Assembly (NCBI GenBank): GCA_964583395.1
Contig: CAZOVM010000005.1
Span: 7,184 to 71,183 of the forward strand
Source: an uncultured Pedobacter sp.
Lineage (GTDB): Bacteria; Bacteroidota; Bacteroidia; Sphingobacteriales; Sphingobacteriaceae
DNA length: 64,000 nt
Reading direction: 5' to 3'
The notes below the pieces were generated by a model that was given only the letters and a program-made list of their open reading frames with translations, made no database searches and had not been told where the DNA came from. This document shows, one piece after another, positions 61,274 through 64,000 of this stretch; position 1 is the stretch's first letter; every line of letters starts with the position of its first letter. The position numbers and the translations under genes are program-made.

Positions 61274-62386
61274 ATGGCAAAGAAAGAAAACAAAGAAAAA
61301 CATACAAAAATTGTTAATAAGAAATCATTAGATTTTTTTGAAGCATATATCAACAATGCGGCTCCTACCGGCTTTGAGTGGGAAGGTCAAAGATTGTGGT
61401 TAGATTATTTAAAACCTTATATAGACGATTACTTTGTAGACGATTATGGAACAGCATACGGAGTTATTAATCCTGATGAAGCGTTTAAAGTAGTTATAGA
61501 AGCACATGCTGATGAAATATCTTGGTATGTAAACTACATTACACCAGATGGCTTAATTTATGTTTTACGCAACGGCGGATCTGATCATCAGATAGCCCCG
61601 TCTAAACGTGTTAATATTCATACCAAAAAGGGCATTGTAAAAGCAGTATTTGGGTGGCCAGCTATTCATACCAGATTAGGTGGAGAAAAAGAAGAAAATC
61701 CTTCGACTAAAAACATTTTCTTAGATTGTGGTTGTACAAGTAAAGAAGAGGTAGAAAAGCTTGGCATTCATGTAGGTTGCGTAATCACCTATGAAGACGA
61801 GTTTTTGGTATTAAACGACAGGTATTATGTTGGCAGGGCTTTAGATAATCGTGTAGGCGGATTTATGATTGCAGAAGTAGCGCGGTTATTAAAAGAAAAC
61901 AAGAAAAAACTGCCTTTTGGCCTATATATCGTTAATTCTGTTCAAGAAGAAATTGGATTAAGAGGCGCTGAAATGATTGCTCATAGAATTAAACCACGTG
62001 TGGCAATCATTACCGATGTTACCCACGATACGACCACTCCTATGATTAATAAATTAGTGCATGGAGATGTATCTTGTGGCAAGGGTCCTGTCTTGTCTTA
62101 TGCTCCGGCAGTACAAACCAATTTAAATAAGTTATTGGAAAAAACGGCCGAAGATCATAAAATCCCATTCCAGCGTCAGGCCTCTTCGAGATCTACCGGT
62201 ACAGATACGGATGCTTTTGCTTATTCTAATGAAGGTGTACCTTCTGCTTTAATTTCATTACCGTTGCGTTACATGCACACTACGGTTGAAATGGTTCATA
62301 AAGAAGATGTAGATAATGTGATCCGCTTAATTTACGAAAGCCTCCTGAAAATTGAGAATGGCCACGATTTTAGAGAGAAATTGTAG
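61274..62386 (+). CDS. M42 family aminopeptidase (FrvX-like)
   Basis: EAHADEI, ALDNR, QEEIGLRGA, TGTD, RYMHT. Confidence 0.93.
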   Translation: MAKKENKEKHTKIVNKKSLDFFEAYINNAAPTGFEWEGQRLWLDYLKPYIDDYFVDDYGTAYGVINPDEAFKVVIEAHADEISWYVNYITPDGLIYVLRNGGSDHQIAPSKRVNIHTKKGIVKAVFGWPAIHTRLGGEKEENPSTKNIFLDCGCTSKEEVEKLGIHVGCVITYEDEFLVLNDRYYVGRALDNRVGGFMIAEVARLLKENKKKLPFGLYIVNSVQEEIGLRGAEMIAHRIKPRVAIITDVTHDTTTPMINKLVHGDVSCGKGPVLSYAPAVQTNLNKLLEKTAEDHKIPFQRQASSRSTGTDTDAFAYSNEGVPSALISLPLRYMHTTVEMVHKEDVDNVIRLIYESLLKIENGHDFREKL

Positions 62387-62395
62387 TTAAAAATT

Positions 62396-62440
62396 AAACA
62401 GCGAAAAGCCAAAATTAGTCTTTAAGGCTTTTCGCTGTTT
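62396..62440. terminator. Long hairpin between convergent genes
   Basis: AAACAGCGAAAAGCC / GGCTTTTCGCTGTTT perfect 15-bp inverted repeat. Confidence 0.75.
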
Positions 62441-62443
62441 CTC

Positions 62444-62568
62444 TTCAATTTTCGTTCTTAGTCTTCTTTCGAACTTTCGACTTTCTTCTTCCGCTCTTTG
62501 CTTTTTAGCTCATCGCTTTCCCCTTTTCAGCTTTCAGCTTTCGGCTTTTAGCTTTTAGCTTTTAGCTT
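62444..62568 (-). repeat. Heptanucleotide-periodic tandem array after the GH109 stop codon
   Basis: Minus strand: agctaaa x3, agccgaa, agctgaa x2, then aggggaa agcgatg agctaaa ... agcggaa ... agtcgaa. Confidence 0.9.
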
Positions 62569-63924
62569 CTAATACTGATCATCTAAAGCAAAAATTGGCT
62601 TTCTGGTCATCCATTTACCTTTTGTAAAATCTGGAATAGCCTGAACCTGCCCTCCTTGCGCAATACTTTGCTCAGAAAGTGGCGTAATAGCATACCATGT
62701 AGCTAAATCATAAACATCCATTGGAAATGGCGCTTTACGCTTCAAAGATTCAATGAAAGCATGAATTACAAACCAATCCATCCCACCGTGTCCGGCTCCA
62801 GCAGTATCTGATGCATATTTTTTCCATAGCGGATGATCGTATTGCTTCATATACTCTGTATCTTTTTCATACTTATGACCGGGACTTTTTCCTTCAATAT
62901 GAATGGAGTCAAAATCATCCATCCACAACCCATTGGTTCCTTGAACTCTAAAGTTTAGAGAATAAGGTCTAGGAGAGTTAACATCGTGCTGAAGCACAAT
63001 GGTTTCTCCATTAACAGTAGTAATAGAAGTAGTAACAATATCTCCTAATTTAAAATTAACCTTTGCATTCGGATGATTTGGTCCTCCTTTCGGATGGTTT
63101 ACAATATATCTATTTAATCCCCTAGCTTTTGTAGCAACAGAAGTTAAAGCCAGTAACCTATTTCCTCGGTTTATATTAATCATATTTGCAACAGGACCTA
63201 AGCCATGCGTCGGGTATAAATCGCCATTTCTATAAACAGAGTGATTGGTACGCCATTTTGCCTCCGAAAATCCTTTCTCTCCAAATTCCACTCCACTGTC
63301 ATAAGGTGTTATTCCATCGTTAAATTTAACGCCTCTTAAATCATGCTGATAGCCCCCTTGCAAATGCAAAATCTCACCGAATAAATTATCACGAACCATA
63401 TTTAATACAGCCATCACATCTCGTCTGTAGCAAACATTCTCCATGGCAAAAATCTGGATACCGGTTTCTTCACTTGCATTTACTAAATCCCAACATTCCT
63501 GAATATCAGTAGCACCACAAACCTCCATCCCTATGTGTATTCCAGCACGCATAGCATCTACACCCTGAATTGCATGCCATTCCCAAGGAGTTGCAATAAT
63601 AACTGCATCTATATCCTTTCGTTTTAATAGGTTTTTATAATCGTAATCTCCATTGCTGTAAATTACCGGCTCTCGCTTTCCAGCTTTTGCACACATTTTT
63701 AAAGATACAGGCACGGCCGATTTAGTATCTGGATCTGCAATTGCTACCACTTCAACATCTGCTCTTCGCAAAAGCAAATCCAAATGATTTTGCCCCCTTA
63801 ATCCACTTCCAATAATACCTACTCTGATTTTTGAAACTACCTGAGAATATCCAAGTATTGGATCCATAACGGCAGCCGCAGCACTTGCTGTTGCCGCAGA
63901 TTTAATAAAGGTTCTTCTTTCCAT
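62569..63924 (-). CDS. Gfo/Idh/MocA oxidoreductase, GH109 alpha-N-acetylgalactosaminidase-like, Tat-exported
   Basis: MERRTFIK twin-Arg signal, GIIGSGLRG, IATPWEWH, MENVCY, YPTHGLGP, GHGGMD, PDFTKG. Confidence 0.9.
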   Translation of the reverse strand: MERRTFIKSAATASAAAAVMDPILGYSQVVSKIRVGIIGSGLRGQNHLDLLLRRADVEVVAIADPDTKSAVPVSLKMCAKAGKREPVIYSNGDYDYKNLLKRKDIDAVIIATPWEWHAIQGVDAMRAGIHIGMEVCGATDIQECWDLVNASEETGIQIFAMENVCYRRDVMAVLNMVRDNLFGEILHLQGGYQHDLRGVKFNDGITPYDSGVEFGEKGFSEAKWRTNHSVYRNGDLYPTHGLGPVANMININRGNRLLALTSVATKARGLNRYIVNHPKGGPNHPNAKVNFKLGDIVTTSITTVNGETIVLQHDVNSPRPYSLNFRVQGTNGLWMDDFDSIHIEGKSPGHKYEKDTEYMKQYDHPLWKKYASDTAGAGHGGMDWFVIHAFIESLKRKAPFPMDVYDLATWYAITPLSEQSIAQGGQVQAIPDFTKGKWMTRKPIFALDDQY

Positions 63925-64000
63925 AATGGAAGGTATATATTTTTTTTTGAAAGTTATCTACATTCTTGAAACTCTTCTAATTTACCACCAACTAGCACAA

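Overview
AT-rich Bacteroidota chromosome segment. Gene content, TAnnTTTG -7 promoter elements and TAA/TTG usage suggest Sphingobacteriaceae (Pedobacter-like). It is mostly housekeeping genes (eno, ftsB, fabG, aguAB, nrdAB, msrB, sucD, truA, deaD, gpsA, aconitase, rlmH, cyclophilin, punA, lpxK, pruA, beta-CA/SulP, carboxyltransferase beta, M42 peptidase, GH109), with a few accessory cassettes: a beta-propeller plus OM barrel pair, and a LytS/LytTR two-component system facing a six-Big_2 lipoprotein. I saw no rRNA, tRNA, CRISPR array, transposase or prophage. The most interesting signals are small or non-coding: (1) a membrane-anchored, PPP-ended upstream ORF with alternative hairpins in front of the SulP-carbonic anhydrase operon, a candidate translation-arrest leader peptide; (2) 7-nt-periodic arrays with a shared unit vocabulary that start right after TAG stop codons at two loci; (3) modular dispersed repeats (a CGTC-type REP doublet and an unrelated ~65-bp module) shared between 10.3-10.5 kb and 24.2-24.4 kb in swapped order; (4) a ~120-nt nested hairpin filling the nrdB 5' leader; (5) an unannotated 39-aa membrane peptide after rlmH. 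All functional interpretations are hypotheses from sequence reading only.
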